Shown here: one piece after another, positions 50,036-63,461 of the stretch
Position numbering within the stretch: the first letter of the stretch is position 1
Layout of the letters: the number at the start of each line of letters is the position of its first letter
Assembly (NCBI RefSeq): GCF_006345805.1
Contig: NC_043024.1
Location: 18,724,001 to 18,788,000 of the forward strand
Length of the DNA: 64,000 nt
Source: Octopus sinensis
Lineage: Eukaryota
Direction: 5' to 3'
Notes under the pieces: generated by a model
The model's input: only the letters and a program-made list of their open reading frames with translations
Databases searched by the model: none
What the model was told of the DNA's origin: nothing
Position numbers and translations under genes: made by a program

Positions 50036-50808
50036 AAATTTTGAGGACTGACCACTAGAAGTGGGCAGCCTATATGCTAAACATAGACACCAAATCGCCC
50101 TTACCACGAAGAATGTGTTTTATTTCGTATATTTTCATTTCTCTTGCTTATTTTTACATTTTGGTTTTTTGCTGAGATTTTTCTCGAGAACACATTCTTC
50201 ATGGTAATGGCGATTTGACGTCTATGTTTAGCATATAGGCTGTCCACTTTTAGTGGTCAGTCCTCTAAATTTTGTATGTAACACAATTTTTAATCTTCGG
50301 ATTTTTTAAAAAATATGCTAGGCCACTGGATTTAATTGATTAATATCAATTTCTACCCTTATTTAATTATAAATAAAACATTTTTCTCTAACCGGTAAAT
50401 TGACTGCTGTAGTTTATTAACTGCAGCGTAAATTTCCGATCTCAGCGCACCAAAGGGAAGGTATTTAAAAGATATACCTAAATATAATTTGTAAAACTTT
50501 ATACATACTGGATTTCGGTTGAGCGTTCTGTATCTAGTTCTGGAAATTGTGTTTTGTAAACGACAGACTATGCTGATGATCTTGCAGATATTTGCATGTC
50601 CATATACGTAAATATTAACAAGTGAAAGTAATTAGTACATAGGTAATCGGTTTTTATTTCGTATATTTTCATTTGTCTTGCTTATTTTTACAATTTGTTT
50701 ATTTGCTGAGATTTTTCTTGAGAACACATTCTTCGTGGTAATGGTGATTTGACGTCTATGTTTAGCATATGGGCTGCCCACATCTATTGGTCAGTCCTCT
50801 AAATTTTA
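50036..50808. repeat. Foldback (50036-50273) plus a direct copy of its right part (50651-50808)
   Basis: Arms of about 85 bp; the duplicated text begins ttttatttcgtatattttcattt. Confidence 0.8.
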
Positions 50809-51087
50809 CTGGTTTTAATTGATTAATATCAATTTCTACCCTTATTTAATTATACGTACATACACACACACACACATATATATATATATATTTATATATA
50901 TATACATATATATATGCATGTATGTATCTATATATATATATATATATATTATATATATTTAAGTAGGTGAATGAATTATCTGTTATCGTCAGCATGGAAA
51001 ATTCCTTTGGATGAAAACATGCTGTCTTCGAAACATGTGTCGAGAGTAAAGATTTTGTTACATCTTCGTTCGACTCCATTCTTTCAT

Positions 51088-51135
<48 letters not shown>

Positions 51136-51661
51136 GTGTGTGTGTGTGTGGTGTGTGTGTGTTTGTATGTATAGTTCTGGTGCTATGTCTAATTAGTAGT
51201 TGATGAGCAACTGCACTATATTATGATTTTTAGATTCCAATAAATACAGCTTATATTAGAAAATCAGAACCTAATCCATCATGAGACAAATCATTATGTT
51301 TATGTACATACTGTAGGTTTGTGGTTGCATGTATATTTGCGTATACGGTGGTGCATATATACCTATGTGTATATGTGTGTGTGTGTGCATGTATTTATAA
51401 ATGTATATTTATATGTACATGTGTATAGATCAATGTATGCATCATATATACTTTGATGTGCGTGTGTGTATATATACATGTATGTATATATGTATGCATG
51501 AATGTATGTATAAATGTAAATATGAATGCATGCATATATATATATATATATATATAGATAATATATATATTATTCATATGCAAACATGCATATATTATCT
51601 TCTGTCACCTTCCACACATATACATATATATATACACATATAGATATATGCATACATATAT

Positions 51662-51696
<35 letters not shown>

Positions 51697-51818
51697 ATAC
51701 ATATATATGTATATATATATATGTGTGGGTGTGTGTATATATATGTATATGTATATACATATATATTCATATATATATGAGTGTATATATATACATATAG
51801 ATATATACATACATATAT

Positions 51819-51857
<39 letters not shown>

Positions 51858-52587
51858 ATATACATATATGTTATATATGTGTATACATCTAAATGTATAT
51901 ATATATATATATATATATATAAATGTGTATACATACATATATTTGCATAGATATTTTATATATACGGAATATATAAATATATATGTATATATGTGTGTAT
52001 TTATATTACATACACACACACATATATATATATTTACACAAAATTACACACACGTACACATACATACAGTCTTATTGTATAAACATACTTAACGCAGAAA
52101 TGAACTTATATATATCATAAAATATGCAGCAGGAGACATTGCATTGAAATAAATTCATATTTGTAATGACTTGGAGAAGAATATATTAGATTCTGACCGT
52201 GTATGATTGCGGCCACATCTCTCCAAGTTCACACGAAGCATTGCTTTAACTTACTCAATAATCATAAAGCCATATTGCATGCAGATATTCCAAAGACATA
52301 ATTCTCTCTCTCAAAAGTATTGCGTTCAGTATTCAGCTCAATGTTAAAATCATATTTTTTGTTTATCACGAATCGACAATAAAATTGTCTGTCTGTCTGT
52401 CTCTCTTGTTTGTCTCCCTGTCTGTATTTGTGTTTGTGTTTGTGTGTGTACATTGTATTCATGTGTATGTGTATGTGTGTGTGTGTGTGTTTGTCTGTGG
52501 TTTTTGTTTATTGGGTTAACAGGTCACCAGTTAATGCTGTGTATATCTGTGTGTGTGTGTTTGTGTGTGTATGTGTGTGTGTATGTT

Positions 52588-52618
<31 letters not shown>

Positions 52619-52989
52619 GTGTGTATGTGTGTGTGTGAAAGTGAAAAGAATTTAAGACAAGAAATCATCATCATCATCATCCTATTGTTGCCGTTAGCAT
52701 CATCATCATCAACAGCATCAGCAGCAGTAGTAGCAGCATCAGCAACAGCAGCAGCAACAGCAGCAGCAACAGCAGCAGCCATCCAATAATTTGGACCTGG
52801 AGATCTTCATTTCCAGCGACTCCGAGGGCCACCTCCCAGTGGTGTCGGGCGTCAAATAAGAGCCCTCGACTACAACAAGACGACCAAAGTTTTTTTTTCC
52901 AAGGTCTGGGGTCTCCCACCCCTAAGCCCTAGACCATCACCTAATCACCCTTACCCATCTTGTTGCTTAACAACAACAACAGCAGCAGA

Positions 52990-53615
52990 AGATCTTGACT
53001 TTTGTCATCATTGTCATCATTACCATCAGCCTCATCATCATCATCCTCATCATAATCGTCATCGTCATTATTATCATATTCACCATCATCGTCGTTTTCA
53101 TCATCATCATCATCTTCATCATCATCAGCGTTGTTGTCGTCATCACTATTATTGTTGTTGTCATCGTTGTTGCCTCTCATCATTATCATCAGCTGTTGTC
53201 ATTGTGGTCATCAGTTTTGTCGTTTTTGCTACGATCATCATCATCACCATCGCGACCACCACCATCCTCATCAGTATCATCATTGTCTTCATAGCCATCA
53301 TCATCATCTTCATTGTCATCATCATTATCATCATCATTACCACCATCATAATCATATTCGTTATCATCATCCTCATCACCATCACTGACATCATCACCAT
53401 CATCATCACCATTATCATTGTAATCATCATCCTCATCATCATTGTCTCTGTCATCATCAGTCATCATGAGAGTCGTCATTGATATAATCATCAGTGTCAT
53501 CACCAACATATTCACCAGCATCTTAATCCTCCTTCTCCTCTCCCTCCTCCTCCTTCTCCTCATCATCATCATCACCATCGCTGTCATCATCATCATCATC
53601 ATCATTATCAAGAAA
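52990..53615. repeat. Degenerate (CAT)n tract
   Basis: Direct inspection. Confidence 0.95.
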
Positions 53616-54037
53616 TTCACACAATGCTAGCAGAAGCAATTCTTTCTATTAATTTTCCATCAATTTATATTTTTGAAGAATTTCTTTTGTCTTTGCATGC
53701 AATAAATAATTTTAATTAAAGAAAATCTTTCCTTGAACTCTATTTATGGCACGAAGGAAATTTACCAAAAACATTTTCGATGTACATATCTTTTATGTTT
53801 TCTCTTTTACTTGATTTTGGTCACTGGAATGTGGCCAAGCAGGGGCATCACCTCGAAGACTTCAGCTGAACAAATCGACCCTAATACATTTTTGTCTTTA
53901 TTTAAAAATCCTAGTATTTATTCTATCAGTCTCATTTGCTGAACGGCTAGCTTATTGGGATGTAAACAAACCAACACCAGATGTGTTCAGGCGGTAGCTG
54001 GGAGACAAGCACATGCACAAATGCACACATAGATATA

Positions 54038-54076
<39 letters not shown>

Positions 54077-54103
54077 ATAATTTGAAACTGACTTATTGGA
54101 AGT

Positions 54104-54145
54104 CCACCTGAAGATTGTCGATCAGACAAGAAACAATTGTAGTGG
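54104..54145 (+). ncRNA. Compact type I hammerhead ribozyme motif
   Basis: CCAC-CTGAAGA-TTGTC-GATCA-GACAA-GAAAC-AATT-GTA^GTGG; all three stems are intact. Confidence 0.78.
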
Positions 54146-54341
54146 CGGTTTTTTTGACTATTTATTAATTTATGTATTGATTAAGTCTTTCCTTGTTTGT
54201 TTTGCAAAATAGTGGTTTGTCTCTAATATATTTTATATATATATATATAATATATATATAATATATATATATATATAGTCCACCCATGCTAGCATGGAAA
54301 ACGGACGCTAAACGATGATGATGATGATGATGAGGATGATG

Positions 54342-54373
<32 letters not shown>

Positions 54374-54374
54374 C

Positions 54375-54855
54375 ATATATTACATATTGTTTAGTTATTC
54401 TAACTAAGTCTGCTATCAGTATGTTAATTTTCCTGTTGTGTGACAAAGCTGAGTTCTTGTGAACAACATATTTTGAAGTTATGGGTTTCATGTAATGGGA
54501 GTGGAGGAACTGCACTCTGTTGTTCACAGTCTCTAACCAAAATTCAGTATCAAGTACAGGGAGTCTATTGTTAGGGTTCTTAGTGGGGTAACCTATAGTT
54601 ACCTTGATACTTTGGTGAATGGAGTTAGCTATTTGCTGGATGCTCTCCATTACGTTCTTCTCAGTATCTACATTACCGTCACTAGAGTTGGTCCTAACTA
54701 TGATATTAATGTCATCTACATATCTACTGTAGAGTAGAAGAGTCGTGGACTGTTCTGCTAACATTTGTTTAAGTTTTCTGTCCCACCAGGTCATGAAGAG
54801 GCCGGCTACATCTCCAGCTACATTGACACCAATGGCTGCACCTTGAACCTGCATG
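54375..54855 (-). pseudogene. Penelope-like RT fragment, open over ~160 codons
   Basis: QVQGAAIG..LFMTWWD..YSRYVDD..SIHQSIKVT..LPVLD..HYMKP. Confidence 0.85.
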
Positions 54856-54894
54856 TATAGATTTTTTGTTAAACTTTACTATGTGGCTCTTCAT

Positions 54895-54939
<45 letters not shown>

Positions 54940-54942
<3 letters not shown>

Positions 54943-55905
54943 GCCAATCCCTAGCAGTTGAGGGAACCCGTAGAAGAGGTAGACCCAGGAAACCTGGGAC
55001 GAGGTGGTGAAGCACGACCTTCGAACTTTAGGCCTCACTGAGGAAATGACCAAGACCGAGACCTTTGGAATATTCTGTACGTGAGAAGACCAGGCAGGAC
55101 AAGTGAGCCCAGCCCACTTATGAATGCCTTTCCTCCCTTGGACACAAAGACCGGTTGAGGCAAGCGAAGTCGATATAGAACCTCATCCGACGACAGACAC
55201 CCATCCCAACCCCCCATGCTTGCGAAGACATGTTGGGGCAAGCGAAATCGAACCGAATTGAACCAGCCAGGATCCCTGGCCTGGTGGTACGTAAAAAGCA
55301 CTATCCGACTCGGGGCCGTGGCACGTAAAATCTCCAATGCGACCGTACGACAGGCACCCATGCCAACCCCCTTTGCTTGTGAAGACATGTTGGGGCAAGC
55401 GAAATCGAAATCGAATTGAACCAGCCAGGATCCCTGGTCTGGTGGTACGTAAAAAGCACTATCCGACTCGTGGCTGTGGCACGTAAAATACTCCAATGCG
55501 ACCGTACGACAGGCACCCTTGCCAACCCCCTTTGCTTGTGAAGACATGTTGGGGCAAGCGAAATCGAATCGAATTGAACCAGCCAGGATCCCTGGTCTGG
55601 TGGTACGTAAAAAGCACTATCCGACTCGTGGCCGATGCCAGCACCGCCTCGACTGGCTTCCGTGCCGGTGGCACATAAAATACACCAATCTGACCGTGGC
55701 CGTTGCCAGCCCCGCCTGGCACCTGTGCAGGTGGCACGTAAAAAGCACCCACTACACTCACGGAGTGGTTGGCGTTAGGAAGGGCATCCAGCTGTAGAAA
55801 CATTGCCAAATTAGACTGGAGCCTGGTGCAGCCTTCTGGCTTCCCTGAACCCCGGTCGAACCGTCCAACCCATGCTAGCATGGAGAACGGACGTTAAACG
55901 ACGAT
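54940..55905 (+). mobile_element. RTE LINE 3' end with a triplicated ~158-bp UTR block
   Basis: GTRRRGRPRK..VVKHDLRTLGL tail; gttggggcaagcgaaatcg at 55231, 55389 and 55548; GAT tail. Confidence 0.85.
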
Positions 55906-56108
55906 GATATATATATATATAAAAGTAAATAAATGGTACAACAAGGCACCGATATTTACTGGAAAATAGCAATCGTAATAAATACGATGCTATTGTATAG
56001 CTTCACTGCGTATATACTAGCAAAGACGTGTGTGTGCAACAAACATGAAAAAAATTTATCTTACCTCTAGGAAGAACATCTGATAAATGGACATCCTAGA
56101 ATCGGATA

Positions 56109-56179
56109 ATTCAGGACCGGTTTCAGACTCTTCAAATACGTTTGACAACGTAAATTTGATTAGTCTTCATCAGCTGCAT
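56109..56179 (-). ncRNA. Type I hammerhead ribozyme motif
   Basis: ATGCAG-CTGATGA-AGACT..AGTCT-GAAAC-CG-GTC^CTGAAT; stem I pairs at 5 of 6 positions. Confidence 0.72.
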
Positions 56180-56572
56180 TTACCTAGACAAGATTTCAAA
56201 TATTGCCACATCTATGTCAGTATACTCGTCTGAACGCCAAACATATATATAACGTCTAAACATATATATAATGGCTAACAAAACGAATGGTTTACACCTG
56301 GTATCTTACTGGTAAAGCACTGTCTCATTCACAAAGATCGTTATGTACATGGTAAATGAAAGGCGGTAGATGGAATATGTGAGAATACGAGAATTGTTGT
56401 GATTAATAATAGATTCTCATATATTCCATCTTCCATCTTTCATTTGCCATATACATATATATATCAACAATAATAATGATAATAAAGATTCTTTTAATAT
56501 ATACAGCTTTACATAGACTTTCACATTTTTCAACTACACCAATTAGTAACCTTTGCAATTGCAACCCTGCTA

Positions 56573-56637
<65 letters not shown>

Positions 56638-56879
56638 TATAGATAAAACTTACTTGGAAAAGGTGCGTGGCATTCAATCATATAGTATATAAATAATATA
56701 TAATACATGCATATATTTATATATTATTTATATCATCATCATCATCGTTTAACGTCCGCTTATTTATATTATATATATTAAATTATATATATATATATAT
56801 ATACATACATATATATAGCAATATAGAGTCAAGTACATCAACATCAAAATAAACGTCAAAAGGAAATTGTAGTTGTGAT

Positions 56880-57075
56880 ACCTGTGCCGGTGGCACGTAA
56901 AAAGCACCCACTATACTTCACGGAGTGGTTGGCATTAGGAAGGGCATCCAGCTGTAGAAACTCTGCCAGATCAGACTTGAGCCTGGTGCAGCATCCTGAC
57001 TTCCCAGATCTCGGTTGAACCATCCAACCTATGCTACCATGGAAAACGGATATTAAACGATGATGATGATGATAT
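56880..57075 (+). mobile_element. RTE 3' UTR-derived repeat
   Basis: Shared tail. Confidence 0.8.
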
Positions 57076-57207
57076 AGAGCAATATATATATATATATATA
57101 TATAAAGTTAATCCAAACATGAAAACACAAAGAGAAAACACAACAACGCGAGGACGTGGAACAAATATAGTATTATTGGACGCTCAGGAAAGAAAGGAAG
57201 AAGGAGG

Positions 57208-57242
57208 GTTTTACGTTTCGAGTGGAGCTCTTCGTCAGAAAC
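57208..57242 (-). ncRNA. Minimal canonical hammerhead motif in a PLE-type terminal repeat (about 57107-57285)
   Basis: GTTT-CTGACGA-A-GAG-CTCCA-CTC-GAAACGTA^AAAC. Confidence 0.75.
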
Positions 57243-57288
57243 ATAGGAGAAGGAAAGATCCATAGAAGGGAATAATAATAATCTAAGG

Positions 57289-57371
<83 letters not shown>

Positions 57372-57789
57372 CATTATTATTATCATTATTATTATATTTA
57401 TCCTATATTGTATTGCTACAGCTCAATGCAACCTCTAAGAATTGGTTCACCAGTCAGCATCGTTAGACTGTGATTGGCATAACGGAATGGGAGCTTTATT
57501 TCCATATTCCAAAAAGTTTCCTGTTAACAAATTTGATAGATATATATTTAGATACATATCTTTGTGCATGTGACTTTGTGTCTGTGTTTGTCCTCCCATC
57601 ATCTTTTGACAACTGGTGTTGGTGTGTTTACATCCCTGTGGCTTAGCAGTTTGGCAAAAGAAGACCGTTAGATTAAGTACTAGGCTTTAGAAAATAAGTC
57701 CTGGTATTGATTTGCTCACCTAAAACTCTTCAATGTGGTGCTCCAGCATGGCTGCAGTCAAATGACTGAAACAAGCAAAAGAATAAAAC

Positions 57790-57834
<45 letters not shown>

Positions 57835-57835
<1 letters not shown>

Positions 57836-58063
57836 GTTTGCTTTACTACCCACAAGGGGCTAAACACAGAGAGGATAAACAAGGACAGACAAACGGCTTA
57901 AGTCGATTACATCGACCCCAGTGCGTAACTGGTACTTATTTAATCGACCCCGAAAGGATGAAAGGCAAAGTCGACCTCGGCGGAATTTGAACTCTGAACG
58001 TAGCGGCAGACGAAATACGGCTACGCATTTTGCCTGGCATGCTAACGATTCTGCCAGCTCGCC
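57835..58063 (-). mobile_element. SINE family B copy
   Basis: Match to 10849-11080. Confidence 0.85.
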
Positions 58064-58100
58064 GTCTTACATATATATATATATATATAGACAGACAGAC

Positions 58101-58150
<50 letters not shown>

Positions 58151-58417
58151 GCGGGGGAGAAATTCACACACACTCATATACAGAGATTTGATTGTGGACA
58201 TAAGGCAGTGAGGCAAATAGTGTCTGAGAATTGTATTAAACAAATAAGACGAGAATGTATTAATTGTTAAGCAGCCAAGCTATATCTGTCACTAATTAAA
58301 TTACAAAGATTAATTAGAATTGATTACACAGCATTGATTTCAAGACAACGAGGATATCCTGAGTCATATTATTTATTCTGTTAGACACATAAGTGTGCAT
58401 GTGTATATTGATGCATG

Positions 58418-58743
58418 TATATCATAAGCGGAAAGTGTAACCTCTCGAAAGAGCTGTTCTTCACTCCTGTTCCAGAGCGTCGGCTGCGGGGTCACTCCAA
58501 AAAGCTCTATCTGCGACGATTTCATCTCAATCGAAGGAGAGGGGCTTTCTCCGTCCAGGTTGTGGATCCGTGGAATAAGCTGCCGGACGAGATAGTGAAG
58601 ATGCCGATGACTGCTCGGTTCAAAGTCTCTCTTGACCAGAAATGGCCTGAACTCTTTGCATGAACACCCTCCCTGTACATAACTCCATGTCCCCCTTCAT
58701 GGCCTTGCTTTTCGCTTTTTGAGCCAAAAAATTAACTTAACTT
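58418..58743 (+). mobile_element. 5'-truncated CR1 LINE, same family as 15569-15960
   Basis: IISGKCNLSKELFFTP..WNKLPDEIV..ELFA* followed by a TTAAC tail. Confidence 0.88.
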
Positions 58744-59019
58744 ATATATACCATCATCAGTATCATTCAACATCCATTGTCCATGTTCACATGGGTTGGA
58801 TGGTTTGACCAGGGCTGGTAAGCTGGAAGGCTGCACCAGACTCCAGTCTGATTTGGCCCTTCCTAATGCCAACCACTCTGAGAGTATGACCGGTGCTTTT
58901 ACAAGACACCAGCATCTGCCATGACTATGGTTTTATTTGGCTTGATGGGTCTTGTCAAGCACAGCATAATGCCAAAGGACTCAGTCTCTCGTTGTTGCCT
59001 CTGTGAGGCTAAACCCTTG

Positions 59020-59515
59020 ATCATCATCATCATCATCGTTTAGCGTCCGCTTTCCATGCTGGCATGGGTTGGATGGTTCAACTGGGGTCTGGGAAGCCAG
59101 AAGGCTGCACCAGGCCCAGTCTGATCTGGCAATGTTTCTACGGCTGGATGCCCTTCCTAACGCCAACCACTCCATGAGTGTAGTGGGTGCTTTTTACATG
59201 CCACCGGCACAGGTGCCAGACAAGGCTGGCAAATGGCCACGATCGGATGGTGCTTTTTACGTGCCACCGGCACGGAGGCCAGGCGAGGCAGGCAACAGCC
59301 ATGATCGGATGGTGCTTTTTACGTGCCACCAGCACGGAGGCCAGGCGAGGCTGGAAATGGCTGCGATCGGATGGTGCTTTTTACGTGCCACTGGCACGGA
59401 GGCAGTCGGGGCGACGCTGGCAATGGCCACATTCGGATGGTTCTCTTATGTGCCACCGGCACTGGTATCACAGCTACAATTTCCATTGATGTTGATTGAT
59501 TTTGATTTTGATTTT
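59020..59515 (-). mobile_element. RTE 3' UTR-derived repeat with about 5 x 62-bp internal tandem units
   Basis: Unit resembles ggtgctttttacgtgccaccggcacggaggccaggcgaggctggcaatggccacgatcggat. Confidence 0.85.
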
Positions 59516-60097
59516 GAAGTACATATATATTAAGTTTACCGTAAATGGTCCTTTTACATACTGAACACTGCTTGGTAAAATTATTAATTACTAATTAATT
59601 AATTAATTAATTTTACCCTTTATTATTATTGTCAATGTAATTCTCTCCCTGATAATAAACCACAGATTCTTCTGTAGGAATTTGTTGCTCTATAACACAC
59701 ATGGGTGGACAGGGGAGGATGCGGAGCCTCATTTGTATGTTTTGAATTTGTTAGTACTGGATGTCGAAGGTGGTTTGTCTGAGGTTACTGAAATCAGATG
59801 GGTATGTTTGATTTTTAGTGCCCTCAAATTTAAATTTAATGAAATCTTTGTCCTGATGACGGGAATGTTAAAATAGGGATGTATTTCTAGCATCTCTATA
59901 TCTGACTAACCCAGTAATCTAATTTCGAGTGAACATTCGTTATTTTTCTCTCTATGCCTACGTGAATTGTTTTTGAGTATACATTGTCTGGGAGATTCTT
60001 CTTATAGTAGAGGAAATAGCTAAATTCTTTGGCTGCTATTTCTAAAAGTTCGGTATGTGGTAAAGCAAATTTTTTTGCTGAACCCTAATTATATAAA

Positions 60098-60134
<37 letters not shown>

Positions 60135-60194
60135 ACCTTGAGTTAAATATATAAACAATGAGGCCAGGTGTACCTGTTGAGGACGATTTCACCT

Positions 60195-61435
60195 CGCTTC
60201 ATTTCCACTACCTTGGTCACCCAGGTAGTGGAAACTATCAACTACTTCTAGTTTTTCTCCCTGTAATGTGACGGAATCTGTTTTCTGAGTATCTGTAGTG
60301 TCTATTGTCCCTGTGCATCTGCCACACATGAAAGCTATCTTCTCAGTTAATTTTCCTTTGATGTTGCTGCACCTCTTATGTGTCCATAGCTTACACTGGG
60401 TACATCTTATGGAGTTTCTACCTACACCTTTTCTACAGATCAAGCAGGGACACCTACCTAAGGGGGTGTGTGATGAGTTCGCCTTCCTACTTACTAGAAC
60501 TTTGGTCTTTGCTACATTGACTCTAAGGCCTTTTGATTCTAAACCTAGCTTCCACACACAAAATTTATTTTCTAGTTCCAGCAGTGATTCTGCTATGAGG
60601 GCCAGGTCATCAGCATAGAGGAGCTCCCAGGGTCAACCCGTCTTGAATTCTTCTGTTATTGCCTGGAGGACTATGATGAATAAAAGGGAACTGAGGGCTG
60701 AACCTTGGTGGATGCCTATTTCTACCCGGAATTCTTCTTGCCAATCCTAACCTTACTAACGGCCTCTCTGTAAAGGGCCTGTAGAGCCCTTATTAACCAT
60801 TTTTTAATCTCCAGTTTCTGCATCGCCCACCAGATAAGTCTACAAAAGCTAAGTATAGGGGTTTATCTTTAGCTAAGTATTTTTCCTGCAGTTGTCGAAC
60901 CTGGAATACGGCATCAGTAGTGCTTCTACCCGGCACAAAACCTAACTGCATCTCATCTAAGCAAACTCTCTCTCTGATGAGATGGGCTATGATCCTCTCT
61001 GTGACCTTCATCACCTAATCCAGCAGTTTGATAGCCTTGTAGTTATTTCTATCTAGAGCATCACCTTTACCCTTGTAGCAGTTGAATAGGGTGCTGCCAT
61101 GCCAGTCACTGGGTATGACTCCATTCATGAACTACCTGGTTTACAATGCAGGTGACTAGGCCATAGCCCACACCACCAGATGTTTTAAGCATCTCAGGAG
61201 TGATTCCTGATGGTCTGAAGGCTTTTCCTGGCATCATACCCTTAATTGCTTTATCTACTAGGGAGCTGTCTATTCGGATAGCTGGTCCTTCTACTGGGTC
61301 AACATTTGGCAGGCTCTCCTTCTCCCATTCATTCTCCATGTTCAGCAGTCTTTCATAATGGCTTCTCTAAGCCTCTTTCTTTTCAGAATCATTAAAAGCA
61401 AGTGCACCATCATCCATGCGGACACATTCGAGGAA
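60195..61435 (-). pseudogene. Decayed RTE-like LINE RT with embedded PHD-type finger
   Basis: QLGFVPGRSTTDA, YLAFVDL, ELLYADDL (60610-60630), GLRVNVAKTKV and a C4HC3 motif. Confidence 0.85.
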
Positions 61436-61477
61436 ACTAATAAAATACACAGATAAATAAATGGAATTAAATAATTA

Positions 61478-61889
61478 CTCTTTACTCTTACTGTTTTACT
61501 TGTTTCAGGCATTTGACTGCGGCCATGCTGGAGCACTGCCTTTAATCGAACAACTCGACCCCGAGACTTATTCTTTTGTAAGCCTAGTACTTATTCTATC
61601 GGTCTCTTTTGCCGAACCGCTAAGTGATGGGGACGTAAACACACCAGCATCAGTTGTCGAGCAATGCTAGGGGGACAAACACAGACACACAAGCACACAC
61701 ATGCATATATATATATACATATATACGACGGGCTTCTTTCAGTTTCTGTCTACCAAATCCACTCACAAGGCTTTGGTCGGCCTCAGGCTATAGTAGAAGA
61801 CACTTGCCCAAGGTGCCACGCAGTGGAACTGAACTCGGAACCATGTGGTTGGTAAACAAGCTACTTACCACACAGCCACTCCTGCGCCT
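61478..61889 (-). mobile_element. SINE family A copy
   Basis: Match to family A. Confidence 0.9.
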
Positions 61890-62393
61890 ATATTATATAC
61901 ATAAACAAATTAAATTAAATTAAATTTAATTTAATTAATACAGAAAAAAGAAGTGAAAAAGTAAGTAGATAAAAATAAATGAATAAAATAAATAAAAGTA
62001 AATTAAACGAACGGGGATACTGATAATGCAGGTACCATACACATTCCCACACACACACTTACTAAACATAGATAGACACAGGGATATACGCATGAGCAGA
62101 TAAAGACACATTCAACAGGAATACAAAATGGCAGATCGTTAGTAAGGAGAGACACAAACAAGAAAGAAGAAAACAAAGGAACACTGATGAGGTCACAGGA
62201 GTGTGACAAAAGAAATACAATTAATATAAAATAAAGCTGAAGCAAATGAACACTAAATGTATAGTGCGTGTGTTTTCATTGGCTAAACTGGTAACATGAC
62301 CATCCCCAATACAACAATATTTGTTTCAACACACGAATTCACATCAAGAATCTTGTAAAATGAATATATAAACGTATATATATATGCACATAC

Positions 62394-62442
<49 letters not shown>

Positions 62443-62602
62443 TATATATATACGTACATATACATACACATGTGTATACATACGCCATACCTACACATAT
62501 AATTCCACCCTTATATACATACATATATACGTAAATACATCATACACACACACATACATACACATATACAATCTTGCTCCTATATATATATATATAGTTA
62601 TG

Positions 62603-62634
<32 letters not shown>

Positions 62635-62652
62635 TATATATGTATATATATG

Positions 62653-62759
<107 letters not shown>

Positions 62760-62775
62760 GTATATATATGTACAC

Positions 62776-62807
<32 letters not shown>

Positions 62808-63461
62808 TGTATATATATATACATATATATATAATATAAATGATATATATATGTGTGTGTGAGTTCTTAGTTATAACTGTCTTTACTTTGGTGATTATAC
62901 ATAACGATGTCAACACACTTTTAAACATCACGAAGCTGTGTAATTAATCAAAAGTATGCAACAATTCATTAAAAGTTTTGTATTGATCACCCATTAATTA
63001 CATTTACGATTCTTATTTTATTTTCATAAATTTGACTACAGCACATCACTATCGTTTAGAATAATTAAACAAAATTAATATTTTAACCCCTCTGATACCA
63101 ATCCACTGGAGGCTGTCTTTAGTTCTATGATAAAAATTTTCTGCTTGTAGACTGATATAAATTAAAATGTTCCATCAAAATTTCATGCCAATTTATTTTT
63201 GAATTCTTCATATTTTCAAAAATTATTTGAAATTAAGTTAGTGTATTTTAACCAAAATATAACAAATTTGTTAAAGTGATCGAAATTAAAATGTTTCATC
63301 CAAATTTCAGTTTCATTTATGCGTGAAATCTTTATTATTTTAAAACTTAATGGAAATAAAAGTGGTGTATTTCAACAGAAATATGGTGACAAAATATGGT
63401 GACAAAAGTGATCTCAGGTAAAACATTCAATCAAAATTTCAGGTTGAATAATGTTTGTATT

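Noticed and set aside
52255-52380. Exon upstream of a strong GTAAGT donor (minus)
   Set aside because: All frames hit stops and there is no good acceptor.
52915-52960. Telomere-like CCCTAA/CCCTAG
   Set aside because: Only two degenerate units; probably part of a LINE leader remnant.
33701-53630. Poly-Asp/His/Met/Ile ORFs at about 20.3-20.7, 33.7-34.1, 44.0-44.3 and 52.9-53.6 kb
   Set aside because: (GAT/CAT)n tracts are open in several frames; no splice or domain support.
59185-59470. CRISPR-like look of the 62-bp array (also 27725-28350 and 55200-55630)
   Set aside because: The 'spacers' are similar to each other, the arrays lie inside a LINE 3' UTR, there are no cas genes, and the context is eukaryotic.
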